Part shown: positions 12,313 through 25,214 of the stretch, piece by piece
Numbering within the stretch: position 1 is the first letter of the stretch
Layout: each line of letters starts with the position of its first letter
Assembly: GCF_006345805.1 (NCBI RefSeq)
Contig: NC_043013.1
Location: 39,494,001 to 39,558,000, forward strand
DNA length: 64,000 nucleotides
Direction of reading: 5' to 3'
Source of the DNA: Octopus sinensis
Taxonomy: Eukaryota
Notes under the pieces: generated by a model
Database searches by the model: none
The model's input: the letters and a program-made list of their open reading frames with translations, nothing else
What the model was told of the DNA's origin: nothing
Position numbers and translations under genes: made by a program

Positions 12313-13019
12313 GTGTGTGTGTCTCCGCAATAACAAAGTAGTTTTTACGTGATCGCTTTATCAGTCAAAACAACCAACCAAATTTCCTAAATGTACATAC
12401 TGCACCCAAAAATGAACATGTAAATGGTGTTTTGATCTTTTATCTACCGACTCAGGTATAAGCTGCGACTAAACAACAAGCACCTAATAAATAACAATAT
12501 CATTATTCACACACAATTGACACAAACTCATGCATGAGCGTTTCCCTTATTTTCTATTTGGTTATTTGATAACATCAATATCCACGGGTAAAATATTGGC
12601 TGTATACATCCCCGCATGCCAGACATGCGGTGTCAGTTTTCTTTAGTTACGACAAATGTCAAAGCTCTTCTGAACAAACAAGCTCTACAACCAACCACTT
12701 GAAAGCCTAACACTTTCAAGCATCATTCTTAACTGCGCCAAACCTCAAGTGTCATCACTATCGCCAGTTCCTTAAATTACTAAAAATAAGTAAAAACAAA
12801 TAAATATTGTTATAGTTGGGAAGAGCCTATAAAAGATTCAACGGTTGCTGCTTGTCTATATTTCACTTTACTTTCTTTTTCGAAATAATCTGCAAAAATT
12901 ATTTTTCGCCACGCCATCTTCCTCAATGGGTTTATTTTTTTTTTTGTCTTTTAAATACTTGACACGGGTTCAGCTCAAAATACTTTCCAAATAAATTAGG
13001 GATTTAGAAAGAAAGTTCA

Positions 13020-13222
13020 CATTGTGTCTGTGTTCGTCTCCTCACCCCACCATCGCTTGACAACAGATGTTGGTGTATTTATATCCCTGTAACATAGCGG
13101 TTCGGCGAAAGAGACCGATAGAATAAATACCAAGCTTACAAAGAGTAAGTCCTCGGGTCGATCCGTTCGACTAAAAAGCAGAGCTTCAGCTTTGCCGCAG
13201 TCAAATGACTGAAACAAACAAA
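13020..13222 (-). mobile_element. SINE family A, 3' half
   Basis: Similarity to 7805-8205. Confidence 0.75.
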
Positions 13223-13553
13223 CGAATAGAAAAATAAAGAATTTGATTGATGTAGATTAGTTTCACAGTGTCTGAAAGAAAGACGGGATGGTCACTTGTG
13301 ATTTGGATTTGATTATATGGCGGTTGGGTGAAAGGAGATACAGAAAAAATTGCAAAAATTATAATGAAAGTAAACTTACGGAAATATAATAGAAGATATT
13401 TCGGCATATTCACTGTTGCTCGGGCTTAACTACAAAGAATAACGTCATCTTAAAATTCGAGTATATATATACATACAAATACACACACACACACACACAT
13501 ATATGTGTGTGTGTGTTGCTCATCCTCACCTTCTCTCTCTCTCTCTCTCTCTC

Positions 13554-13589
<36 letters not shown>

Positions 13590-14301
13590 CTAAATACATC
13601 ACAAACTCATATCTGTGTATGTGTGTGTGTCTGTCTCTCAGTCTGTATGTATGTATGTATAAATGTATGTAACGTATGTATGTATGTATGTATAAATAAG
13701 CTTACATACTTAATACGAAATTCAGTCGTAGTTATTGCTGTGATTCCCCACTTGACTGAACATGCTTCATTCATGTGAATGCTTGTGTGTGTGTGTGATA
13801 TGTACGTATGTGTGTGTGTGTGATATGTACGTATGAGTGTGTGTGTGTGTGTGTGTGCGTTTGTCTGCGTATGAGTACATACATACATGCATACATACAT
13901 ATGTTTTATGTTTAGATATATATAGAGAGAGAGGGAGAGAGAGATAGAAAAGAAAATATAAAATATAAAATACACGTGGAAATGTAAGGGTAAAATATGA
14001 AAAATCAATGAAAATGCACATTGCAAATAAAAAAAGGCTATTTATGACAGGTAACGACAAATATATACATTTAGATTGACTGAGGTAGTTATACGAGTCA
14101 TAAAAGTCATTATTATGAGATGATTATAAGATGATAATAAAGTAAGAGAACAAAACGGACCATGGTTTACGCAAAGCTATTCATCGTTTGAACAACACCG
14201 GTTATATATACACGCACACATAAGACCAAAGATTACCGGGTAACTTACTTTTAGTTTACGTTACCTCATCTTAAAATCTATTTGCATTGTTTCTCCTTTG
14301 C

Positions 14302-14695
14302 TCTTTTACTCTTTTACTTGTTTTAGTCATTTGAGTGCGGCCATGCTGGAGCGCCGCCTTTAGTCGAGCAAATCGACAAGAAGACTTATTCTTTGTAAAC
14401 CTAGTACTTATTCTGTTGGTCTCTTTTGCCGAACCGCTACGTTGTGGGGACGTAAACACATCAGCATCGGTTGTCAAGCGATGTTGGGTTGACAAACACA
14501 GACACAAACATATACACACACATACACATATACGACAGGCTTCTTTCAGTCTCCGTCTACCAAATCTACTTAGAAGGCTTTGGTCGGCCCGAAGGTATAG
14601 TAGAAGACACTTGTCCAACGTACCACGCAGTGGGAATGAAGCCGGAACCATGTGGTTGGTAAGCAAGCTACTTACCACACAGCCACTCCTACGCC
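14302..14695 (-). mobile_element. SINE family A, full length
   Basis: Reverse complement of the 7805-8205 type. Confidence 0.85.
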
Positions 14696-14699
14696 TTTA

Positions 14700-15815
14700 C
14701 ATCTTTCAACATTATATTCCACATACGACGCTTCCAGCAAACTATCAAATTTTATTATCATCCCGCCTGAGCCAGACACAGTTTGCAACAACTAAGGAAC
14801 TATTTAAACTATCTGAGAAATGTTCCACTGTCGGTTGCCAAACCAACTTTCTTAAGCGTTGCCTCAAAAACTATAACACCAAACACTATGAAGAACATAC
14901 ACTTACCAACATGCTTCTACTCACCAGACCTCCGACAGCCACTAACCTATTTACGCAAATTCTGCATCAAGAAAATCATACAACATCTACACTAGCAACT
15001 CCAGCAACTTCTTAAAAAGATCACTGACACAATTCCAAACGTATCTTAGACACAGAGCCTATAAATCAACCGCGGCTATAAATCAACGTTATCTCAACCG
15101 CCGCAATCTTGAGAAGTAAAAAACGCCTTGAACAAAAGTTCCTATGACTTTACCAAAATCACTAAAAGAACAAAGGTTCATTACACCACAACAGCAGAAA
15201 TAATCAAGGAACCATCGTCACTGAGGTTACCGACACTTCAGACAATTGGAAGCACTCCGTCGGCTACGACGATGAGGGTTCCCGTTGATCCGAATCAACG
15301 GAACAGCCTGCTCGTGAAATTTACGTATAAGTGGCTGAGCACTCCACAGACACGTGTACCCTTAACGCAGTTCTCGGGGATATTCAGCGTGACACAGAGA
15401 GTGACAAGGCCGGCCCTTTGAAATACAGGTACAACAGAAACAGGAAGTAAGAGTGAGAGAAAGTTGTGGTGAAAGAGTACAGCAGGGATCACCACCATCC
15501 CCTGCCGGAGCCTCGTGGCGCTTTAGGTGTTTTCGCTCAATAAACACTCACAACGCCCGGTTTGGGAATCGAAACCGCGATCCTATGACCGCGAGTCCGC
15601 TGCCCTAACCACTGGGCCATTGCGCCTCCACACTTCAGACAATAATACAGTACTCGTTACAGATTTGACAGGATCTCTATCCCACGAAGAACCTAAACTT
15701 CTCAGTCTTGGCCCCAAATTTATATTAACCCTACGACTAGACGACAAGATGATGCTAAATCTTGAAACCAACTTTTGCCGAGCTTCCTATCAACTCAAAT
15801 GGCTGTCAGTATTAA
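14700..15815 (+). mobile_element. Penelope-like element N-terminal ORF remnant, split by a SINE
   Basis: NFLKRCLK... and TDLTGSLSHEEPKLLSLGPKFIL...NFCRASYQLKW resemble the region upstream of PLE RT. Confidence 0.55.
15247..15631 (-). mobile_element. tRNA-derived SINE family C, full length with TSD
   Basis: A-box tggcccagtgg, B-box ggtttcgattccc, 12-bp TSD acttcagacaat at 15235-15246 and 15632-15643. Confidence 0.9.
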
Positions 15816-16299
15816 ATACTACTACTACTACTACTACTACTACTAATATGAACGGTGGAGGCACGTGGCTTAGTGGTAAGGGTATATTCTCAAAATAAGC
15901 TTGGGGCAACAACATATCGCTTTTGTCAGCCGGTAGTCATCACCGAATTTAATCTGTCACACAAAACATCAGCGACATATTAGATGCAATGCTCCACATA
16001 TGGTCTTACTTTATACTTCTTGCGTAGACGAAAGAAGTGTACGGTGAATACTTTTCAGTGAAATAAATTACTCAGAGCAGGACACACACACACACTCACA
16101 ATGCACGCGCGCGTATGTGTGCGTGTGTGTGGGTATGCGCGCGTGTGTGTGTGTTTTCGTGTGTGTGCATGTATATTTATAAACGAGTGCTTTCATTCAA
16201 TACAAATCCATAGTAAGTAACGTAGAAATCCATGTTCAAACTGCGTCCTTTCAGTGAGAGATAAATATACCTTTTGTTAACACGAATTCTCAAGACGAC

Positions 16300-16682
16300 G
16301 AGATGGCAGAATCGTTAGCACGCCGGCCGAAATGCTTTCTGGTATTTCGTCTGCCGCTAAGTTCTGAGTTCAAATTCCGTCGAGGAAGAGTTTACCTTTC
16401 ATCCTTTCGGGGTCGATAAAATAAGTACCAGTTACGCACTGGGGTCGATATAATCGACTTAATCCGTTTGTCTGTCCTTGTTTGTCCCCTCTGTGTTTAG
16501 CCCCTTGTGAGTAGTAAAGAAATAGGTATTTCGTCCTCCGCTACGTTCTGAGTTCAAATTCCGCCGCGGTCGACTTTGCTTTTCGTTGTCTATAAATTAA
16601 GTACCCGCTAAGTGCTGAGATCGATATAATCGACTACCCGCTCCCCAGAAATTCCAGGCCTTGTGCCTATAATAGAAAGGAT
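16300..16682 (+). mobile_element. SINE family B, dimeric copy
   Basis: Two head-to-tail units, each with gagttcaaattcc. Confidence 0.85.
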
Positions 16683-18465
16683 TAATACAACTCTCGCTAA
16701 TATTTATATTCATTTATTCACTAAATATCTATACACATACTTTCGTCGTATCGCATATCGTCTGTGCAAAGTGCAACGTAATATTATTTTCAATCAGTTC
16801 ACAAAAAGCAGCTTACATAATATTTGTCTTCGGCAAAATTGCGTAGTGTCGTTGTTAGAAAGAGAGCGAATAAAATAAAATGAGACAATTTTAATATTTA
16901 GGTGAAAATTAAAATAAGAATTGAAAATATAATAAAAAGAAAAAACATTGTTTGTAACTTTCACTGTGCTATGCATGTGGTCAAGCGTTCAAGTACTGGT
17001 CAAACTTGAAGAAATTTTTTACTTCAGCCTTTTCTTTTCTTTATCCATTGCAAAATACGAACACGCAGTTCCTATACTCGTGTTCCCATATTCATCTATG
17101 AAGCTACAAATGTCGCCATGCATAGAGATGGTGTACTCTCATAGTTTGCTTCACAAACGTATGAGGAATGCTTTGTATTATACAAATAAATAAATAATGA
17201 CTCCAGGTAGTTAAAATTTTGCCATTTATGTCTAATTATTTATATGTCCAGGTAGCCTCTTTCGCAATATCATATCTCGTGAGTACAGAGAATATAGATG
17301 TGAGTACGTGTGTGATTAACGTAATGTAATCTTTTAATAATCATTGCTAAACTGATACAAAAATACAATTTGTGATTGAAGAAATAGCTAAACTACACAC
17401 TTCCCTCTAATATATATTTCCATTTTAGCTGTAAAATGTCTTAATTTTGGGCAGTGGAACTTCATGCATGCATAAACCTACCCTTATTTGTTGAGTTCTG
17501 CTAACTTGCAAATTTTTCCTGTCTGTTATTCTGTACTAGTTTTTACTATTTAATAAATATAACTTTTTCCACTCCCAGATGTCTGATGTCTTACTTTATA
17601 ACATCAATGATCACTTTTCTGTTGTAGTGACACCATTTCCCATATGTCTTTCTAAAAGACGTATCGTTTGTATGGATGTTGTATTGTACGCGAATTAATA
17701 GATATTCGATCTGAAACATTTGTTTCACTCTATTTGATATATTATGGTAACCTAAAAAATGTTCAACTGCTTGACAAGTCGGTTGTTCAATGTAGCTAGA
17801 TTGTGTCACTTTAAAGTATGCCTTCCAGATACGAAATTATCTTAATAAGGGTCCCGAATGAGTCAAATATATATCCAAAACTTCTCTTGGGACCGCCAAA
17901 TAGATTGCAGTAATAACCTCCATCAAACTGCAACAGCTCTGGGTTGAAAGTGTTGATGATGTTGGTGGTAGTTTGAGAACGCTCATGGAGTGGTACACAG
18001 AGATTTGATTCATGATTATAAGATTGTGTGTTCGTTACCGGGTTTTGGGCAGCGTATTTAATGCTTAAGGAAGGCACTTCATTGCTTCAATCTACTGAAT
18101 TAGTCCGTATCAGCTGGAGTACATACACACACCTTTCTCCCACCAATAGGCTGAGATGTTGGACGCTTCTTTTTCAAATTATGGTGATAGTGAGATTCCG
18201 TATACTCTTGAGACACTGAGTAGCTCTTTCTACCGAAGGCATTACTCACTATTAACCAGAAAGGGCCAAAAACATGTTCTAAACTAACCTTGTCTGACTC
18301 TTGAATTGACTGATAAACTTCTTACTCGCTCTTGTCTTCTATTTGTAACATTACAAATTCCCAACAAGCGGTTGTACTCAGACAAGAGTTAGCTTTCATC
18401 GTGTATGCATTATGGATCTATGTATGTTTCTATGAATATTCGTCTGCATGTAAATATATATGTAC

Positions 18466-18509
<44 letters not shown>

Positions 18510-18544
18510 GTATGTATGTATATATATATGTATATATATATAGT

Positions 18545-19096
18545 TATCCGTAATAATGAAGGGTGAAATTAATTAATTTGGAATAATTATCAATTACACC
18601 AAGTAGTCTTCGGCATGTAAAAGCCTCATTCGAGGAAAATTAAGTAATACTAAGCAATAAAGGGTTTAGCAACGAATTGCCTTACCACATACCGAATTTA
18701 GAAATAGCAGTCAAGGGTTATAGCTATTTCTTCTACTAAAAAGGGAGATCTCAGTAAAAACAGCAATTGGAAGGCAGACACAAACAGGTAAGAGAGAATG
18801 AATTGACTGCAATCTATCATACATTTTTAAGTTATCTACGGACGTACGTTTCGAAATCAAGTTTTTAGGAAAGCTTTCCTAAAAACTTGATTTCGAAACG
18901 TACGTCCGTAGATAACTTAAAAATGTATGATAGATTGCAGTCAATTCATTCTCTCTTACCTGTTTGTGTCTGCCTTCCAATTGCTGTTTTTACTGAGATC
19001 TCCCTTTTTAGTAGAAGAAATAGCTATAACCCTTTGACTGCTATTTCTAAATTCGGTATGTGGTAAGGCAATTCGTTGCTAAACCCTTTATTGCTT
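18545..19096 (-). mobile_element. PLE terminal-repeat fragment folded back into a 445-bp palindrome (18652-19096)
   Basis: Arms are identical except for one 1-bp indel, with no spacer. Half-hammerhead GAAAC-GTAC-GTC at 18895-18906 and its mirror at 18841-18852. TA-repeat flanks. Confidence 0.75.
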
Positions 19097-19140
<44 letters not shown>

Positions 19141-19141
<1 letters not shown>

Positions 19142-19476
19142 CGGAGATGTACTCGCATAGCAAGTAATTTGATCTGAGATCGTGTGCTGAAACGAAAACA
19201 ATTGCAGCGTGGAAGGTGTTTATAAGCCATTTAAGAAACACACAAAAGCCGTTCGATTCACTCCAACATTTAAGTTTAATTTGTCAAAATATTTTCGTCG
19301 CTAAAATCCGCGACCTGTTCACTGATAAAGTCCGTGCTGCATCACGGACTTTGTCAGTGAACAGGTCGCGGATTTTAGCGACGAAAATATTTTGACAAAT
19401 TAAACTTAAATGTTGGAGTGAATCGAACGGCTTTTGTGTGTTTCTTAAATGGCTTATAAACACCTTCCACGCTGCA

Positions 19477-19481
<5 letters not shown>
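19141..19481 (-). mobile_element. Probable PLE terminal fragment folded back into a 284-bp palindrome (19198-19481)
   Basis: 139-bp arms, one mismatch, 6-nt loop ctgcat, TA-repeat flanks. Confidence 0.65.
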
Positions 19482-19529
<48 letters not shown>

Positions 19530-19689
19530 CTATATATTTTTATTGAAATGGATAAATGAATTATCTTGTTACGGATTATTCAAATTATAACCGATACCTG
19601 GGTAGCAAAAATCACAACAGAAAAATCATGGTTGAGGTTACGACCATGGGGTATCGCAACCGTACCTTAGTGCGGATAATTGAAGTTTT

Positions 19690-21859
19690 ATATATTTAGT
19701 GAGGGAAGAAATGGAGCTGAACGAAGATTTCACAAAATTCCTTTTTATTATTTTCTACATATGTTTCAAAGGCTGAGAAGAAATAGATATAATTCTAGTC
19801 GCCAGAAAATCATTTATAAAGTTTGAAAATAAGTTGTGGGTTCGTAAGGATACTCCCAACGAGTTCGATGTACCTATGGGTAGTTCAGATAGCGCGCAGA
19901 TTGCCGATTTGGTCGGAATCTATATTCTCTACGAATTATCCGACCAATTCCCGGACATCGGTGGTGGCCTATATCGTGACGATTGTCTGTTTTACCTACA
20001 AAACACCCCGAACAGAATCGTACAGAAAACTAAAAATAGATTAGCTAGGTTCTTTAATAGGATGGGCATGAGTATAGTTTTTGGTAACGAACTTACTAAG
20101 GCTAATTTCCTAGATGTCACACTAAACCCCCATAGCGACTCTTACTGCCCCTACCACAAACCTTCCACTAACTTAAAGTATGTCAGTGTTTTCTCGAACC
20201 ACGCTAAAACTATAACAGACAATTGGTTAGAAATATTTCTCAAAGATTAACTAATTTGTCTGCCAATGTCGACATTTTTAGGCAGAAAGCGGAATTTTAT
20301 AATGCCGCCCTGTCTAAAGCCGGTTATAGGGAGAAGGTAGTATATATAGATCCGGCCCTTCCGAAATACCCACCTTAATGTCAGAGTTGACTCCCCGACC
20401 CAGTATAAAAACAGGAATAAATATATTTGGTTTGTAATTCCCTTTGGTAAACAAATAAGATCTAACCTACCCCTGCAGTTTCGCCAAGCCATTGCCAGTA
20501 ATGTTCCCAGAAATTCCAGATATTACACCACTGTTAACTCACACAAAGTTAGGATAGCCTTCTCCAATACTAAAAATCTCTCACAGATAATTTCCTCCCA
20601 TAACAATAAGCTGCTAAATAAGACCCTCTCACCCATGTTCGGAGACGCAGCTCCGTCTAATGCCAGAATAACGCGCAGTAATAATAATAATAATAATGAT
20701 AATTGAACCGGCACATAGATTAGCAATCTCCATACCAGCCATGGAGTTAATAATAGGAATAAGGATAAGAGCAATGGTGGCGGCATTAACGTTAGTAATG
20801 GTAATAGGGATGAGAGCACTGTCCGAGTCATTAATGTAGGGAGTCCCAATAACAATTTTAGCAGCGGTTTTAACAACAGTAGCATCACGGACATGAGCAA
20901 TCACAGCGATCTCAGTGGCAGGGAATATACAGGTGATATTCCATTAAATAGTATTGATAATGGGGTGTATAATGTCGAAGACAGCCGTAGTTCTTACAAT
21001 CATCATAGTAATAAGAACGCAGTATTAATATCGGAAGCCATCCAATAGAATAAGGTTCTTATCTAGTAATTCCAAGATTAGAAATGCCATTTACCAATGC
21101 AGAGTTTATACTGAATCAGATGTCTACTTGTATATCGGAGCGTCATCATCAAAATTGGCCGTTAGAATATCGAACCACTTCACAACGTTTCGCGATTTTG
21201 GAAAGCAACACGCGACCGGACTAAGTAAATTAGTCTGGCGTTTGAAGAACGCGAATTCAGGCTTTAGACTGGAATGGTCAATTTTATCGGTGTCTGTACC
21301 GTTTGATAGAGGCAAAAGAATCTGTAATCTTTGCAACTCTGAACTTTTTCACATTTTGTTCGCCCGAGGGCAACTAGTTAACTCGATTTTGCAAAACTCT
21401 TTTAGATGTCCCCACTGGAGGCGGCATACATTTCTTGCATACAATTGAAGTCTAAGATAATTAACACCTTGAAAACAATTCGAATATTAGCACTAGTTAT
21501 ACAGAATATATTCACACTCTTTGGTTTTCTGTAATTCTTCCCCTCCCCAATGTTAACCGGATTTTGACCTCGAATTATCTCAACGGACTTTTTCGTCGGC
21601 TTTCACCCACCCTGACGTCAACGCATATTGAGAGACAGTTTTGTGCCATTCATACCATGGGCTCCTAGAGAGCGTTTGTCGAAAAGCTTGCTGCGCATTT
21701 GTTTGGAGATTTAAGTTCCTGGATTTTCCTGAAGAGAAAGATGCAAAATGGTCTCCTTATTGAATCCGAATTAGGGAATTTGCAGCCTTTGAAACATATG
21801 TAGAAAATAATAAAAAGGAATTTTGTGAAATCTTCGTTCAGCTCCATTTCTTCCCTCAC

Positions 21860-21868
<9 letters not shown>
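19690..21868 (+). mobile_element. 5'-truncated Penelope-like element (RT plus GIY-YIG) with inverted terminal repeat
   Basis: RT: FDVPMGS, LYRDD, NFLDVTL. GIY-YIG: AIYQC...YIG...R...H...C.LC..E. A perfect 86-bp inverted repeat lies at 19690-19775 / 21783-21868. Confidence 0.9.
21723..21808 (+). ncRNA. Minimal type I hammerhead ribozyme in the PLE 3' repeat
   Basis: attttc-CTGAAGA(21729)-long stem II-GAAA(21791)C-ATAT-GTA(21800-21802)-gaaaat. 6-bp stem I, palindromic loop III. Confidence 0.8.
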
Positions 21869-21922
<54 letters not shown>

Positions 21923-21945
21923 ATATTATATATATATATATATAT

Positions 21946-22005
<60 letters not shown>

Positions 22006-22395
22006 TATATATATATATATATATGTGTGTCTGTGTGTGTGTGTGTGTGTGTCTGTGTGTTTTTATGCACTTTTATTAGATATATAATGCATAGAAAATG
22101 AGAAAACATTTCGGAAGTATCTAACAAAGTTATTTCACATCTATAAAGGAAATTAATGCACTTAAAATTCGATCACGTGCTGAAGTTCACATGACAGTTG
22201 CAATTATACGATGCGTATATAATGTTTGTAGCAGCAACATAGAAACACCATAGTGATGATGAAGTTATTTTCAAAAGCGTAACTAATGCAAGTTTGATCA
22301 GAGAACGTACGTTTGCAATATATATATGGGCAATGTAGGATAACTTTTAGCCTGGGTAAACCGTCACAGAAGTTCCACAACCCCAAAGTAAACAT

Positions 22396-22455
<60 letters not shown>

Positions 22456-22696
22456 ATATATATATCTATATATATATATATAATTAAGGGTTTAGCAACA
22501 AGTTGCTCCTCCGCAAGTTTCGCAACTTATTGCTAAGCCCGTAATTATATTTATAATTATATATAAAAATGCTTTTTGAGTAAGTTTTTACCGATAATGG
22601 TTTTTTTTCCATACCGAAACTACTTGGTAAAATTTATTAATTATTAAATTAATAATTCTTTACCCTATATCTGTAATAATTATATATATATGTATG

Positions 22697-22745
<49 letters not shown>

Positions 22746-22747
22746 TA

Positions 22748-22837
<90 letters not shown>

Positions 22838-23790
22838 TGTAAAGTATAGAAGCCATCTTATCATGGCTAACCACATTGGGGAGGGGGTTGTTACTGTAGC
22901 TTTATAGCCCCAAGAGATCTTCGTCTCTAGCTGGGTCTAAACACAATATCTGTGTCTTTGGAGTATTTGCAAAGGGAGGCCATCCCTTCCTCGCAAGCCT
23001 GAGTGATACGCTCGAACTAGTTTCGGGATGTTTGTCCCTCGTCAACGGGCGGCAACCACCAGGTAGTGATGAAAGTGAAGGCTCCTTTGCAAATAGATAT
23101 AAGTTTTTCTAATGGCGTCTGCCACTGATGTCGAAAAACGAACAGTAAGCATAATTAAACATCCCGAAACTAGTTCGAGCGTATCACTCTGGCTTACGAG
23201 GAAGGGATGGCCTCCCTTTGCAATTACTCCAAAGACACAGATATTGTGTTTAGAGCCAGCTAGAGACGAAGAACTCTTGGGCCTATAAAGCTACAGTAAC
23301 AAACCCCTACCCAATGTGGTTAGCCATGATAAGATGGCTTCTATACTTTACATTATCGAGCGATTACTGTTTCAATCTCAATCTGAGATTTAATTATGCT
23401 TACTGTTCGTTTTTCGACATCAGTGGCAGACGCCATTAGAAAAACTTATATCTATTTGCATCCAATTTCCCTGCATCGCTTTTCCAGGCATTTAGCGCAG
23501 GCTTCATTAGGAATGTTCAACAAGAACACTGTCTCTTAACTCCTTTTCAAATATTCGAATTATCACGCCGGATTGCCATGGATTTTGTGTTTTTCTAGAA
23601 TCCCAAATCATCTGGCATATACAAGTCAGCTACAGATTACTCAGCCTGTTTAAGCCTTTTAACGTTTCAGGCTGAATTTCGTCCTCTCAGCAGCCTTGCC
23701 AAGTTCGAGCGCTTTAATCTCTTCTATGGCTTCAGCTCCAATGAAGTTATCTTTTGCTTCTAGATGCAGCTCATATCCACCAGAAAATTG
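22838..23790 (-). mobile_element. Rearranged RTE-like LINE RT fragment
   Basis: Minus frames read IEEIKALELGKAAE, ICQMIWDSRKTQNPWQSGVIIRIFEK, LLNIPNEACAKCLEKR. Internal inverted duplications are present. Confidence 0.55.
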
Positions 23791-23839
23791 TAATGTAATT
23801 TTGTTTAGGAAAGCAAACACCCGTAGTCATAATGGGTAT

Positions 23840-24360
23840 ATTCGTCACTTTCATGGCGTGTGGTGCTCTCTCACGCCCTGATGCAGTACCAAGTTGTGGC
23901 CCTCATGACTTCCGATTTTAACTGATTGGAAGTGTTATCATGCACATTGCTTTTTCTTGGTTTAAAAGATAGGTAACAGCAAATATTCTGCTCAATACCA
24001 CAGATTTTCTTGTCCTTTTTTTGAACTTACTAGTTGAACATGTCCCTCAGTGGCTGATGATATGTGCGTCTCTGATCACAAGCAGAAGTAATGGAGGAGC
24101 ATCATAGCCATGTGTTGAGAAGAATTATGGTGGGATTTCAATAATTCATCTCTGGAAACAAGTGTTTTTCGGTCATCATCCTTAAACAGACCTTATTCAG
24201 GGACTTTCTGAATGGGGAGTACTACTGGACCTGCGCTGTTTATCTTGATATGAGATGACCATGTCACACTCATATAGCTGTGATGCATGTGCCTGAAGTA
24301 CGTTTATCAGATGGGTAATCATGATAGGTATATTGGGCTTCTTATATATGTAATATATAT
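23840..24360 (+). mobile_element. Interspersed repeat remnant ending at an (AAT)n tract (family unassigned)
   Basis: Non-coding, higher-complexity segment running into (AAT)n; no ORF. Confidence 0.35.
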
Positions 24361-24367
24361 TATAATG

Positions 24368-24463
<96 letters not shown>

Positions 24464-24488
24464 AAGAAGAAAAATAATAAGCAAAAAA

Positions 24489-24873
24489 TGAAGAAAAAAA
24501 TGCTTTCTAATTGATGTATCAATACCGGCAGATGACAACGTGTCTCTAAAAGAAATGGAGAAACTTTCAAAATACAAAGACCTGGAAATAGAGATAACTA
24601 GAATGTGGAACCTGAAAACAGAAACAATTCCTATCATAGTAGGTGCATTAGGCATAATAAAAAAATATTCAGACAAATACATAACAAAAACACCAGGACT
24701 TACAAACACGTATAACATACAGAAAATTGCACTACTAGGCACTGCACACATCCTACGCAGAACACTTTCCATACAATAACCATCAGAGCATCACAACAAA
24801 TCACAGCACATACCCAAGGCACACAGAGCTGCGCTCGGTAGTGAAGTGAAAGCACGCTATAAAAATAAAACTA

Positions 24874-24880
<7 letters not shown>
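24489..24880 (+). mobile_element. R4/Dong-like LINE 3' end (restriction-like endonuclease C-terminus and 3' UTR) within (AAT)n
   Basis: LIDVSIPADDNVSLKEMEKLSKYKDLEIEITRMW...IPIIVGALG...QKIALLGTAHILRR. Flanked on both sides by (AAT)n. Confidence 0.9.
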
Positions 24881-24920
<40 letters not shown>

Positions 24921-24928
24921 TAATAATA

Positions 24929-24991
<63 letters not shown>

Positions 24992-25214
24992 TGATGATAA
25001 TAATAATAATAATGATAATAATTTATTTACTTATGAAAATAATAATAATTTTGGCACAAACCCAGCTATTTTTGGATAGGATATAAGTAAATTACATCAA
25101 ACCCACTTTCAATTAGTACGTATTCAATTGACAAAGTCGACAGTAATAATAATAACGACGACGATGAAGAAGTATTTGAGTGACTCAAATATATATTTAT
25201 TTATTTATTTATTT

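Noticed and set aside
14335-15015. 226-aa ORF
   Set aside because: Chimera of an antisense SINE A and a PLE remnant; not a host gene.
17580-17720. Plus-strand DVLLYN...FVW resemblance to a Cys-loop receptor
   Set aside because: No proper Cys-loop (FPFD) spacing, early stop and no transmembrane region downstream.
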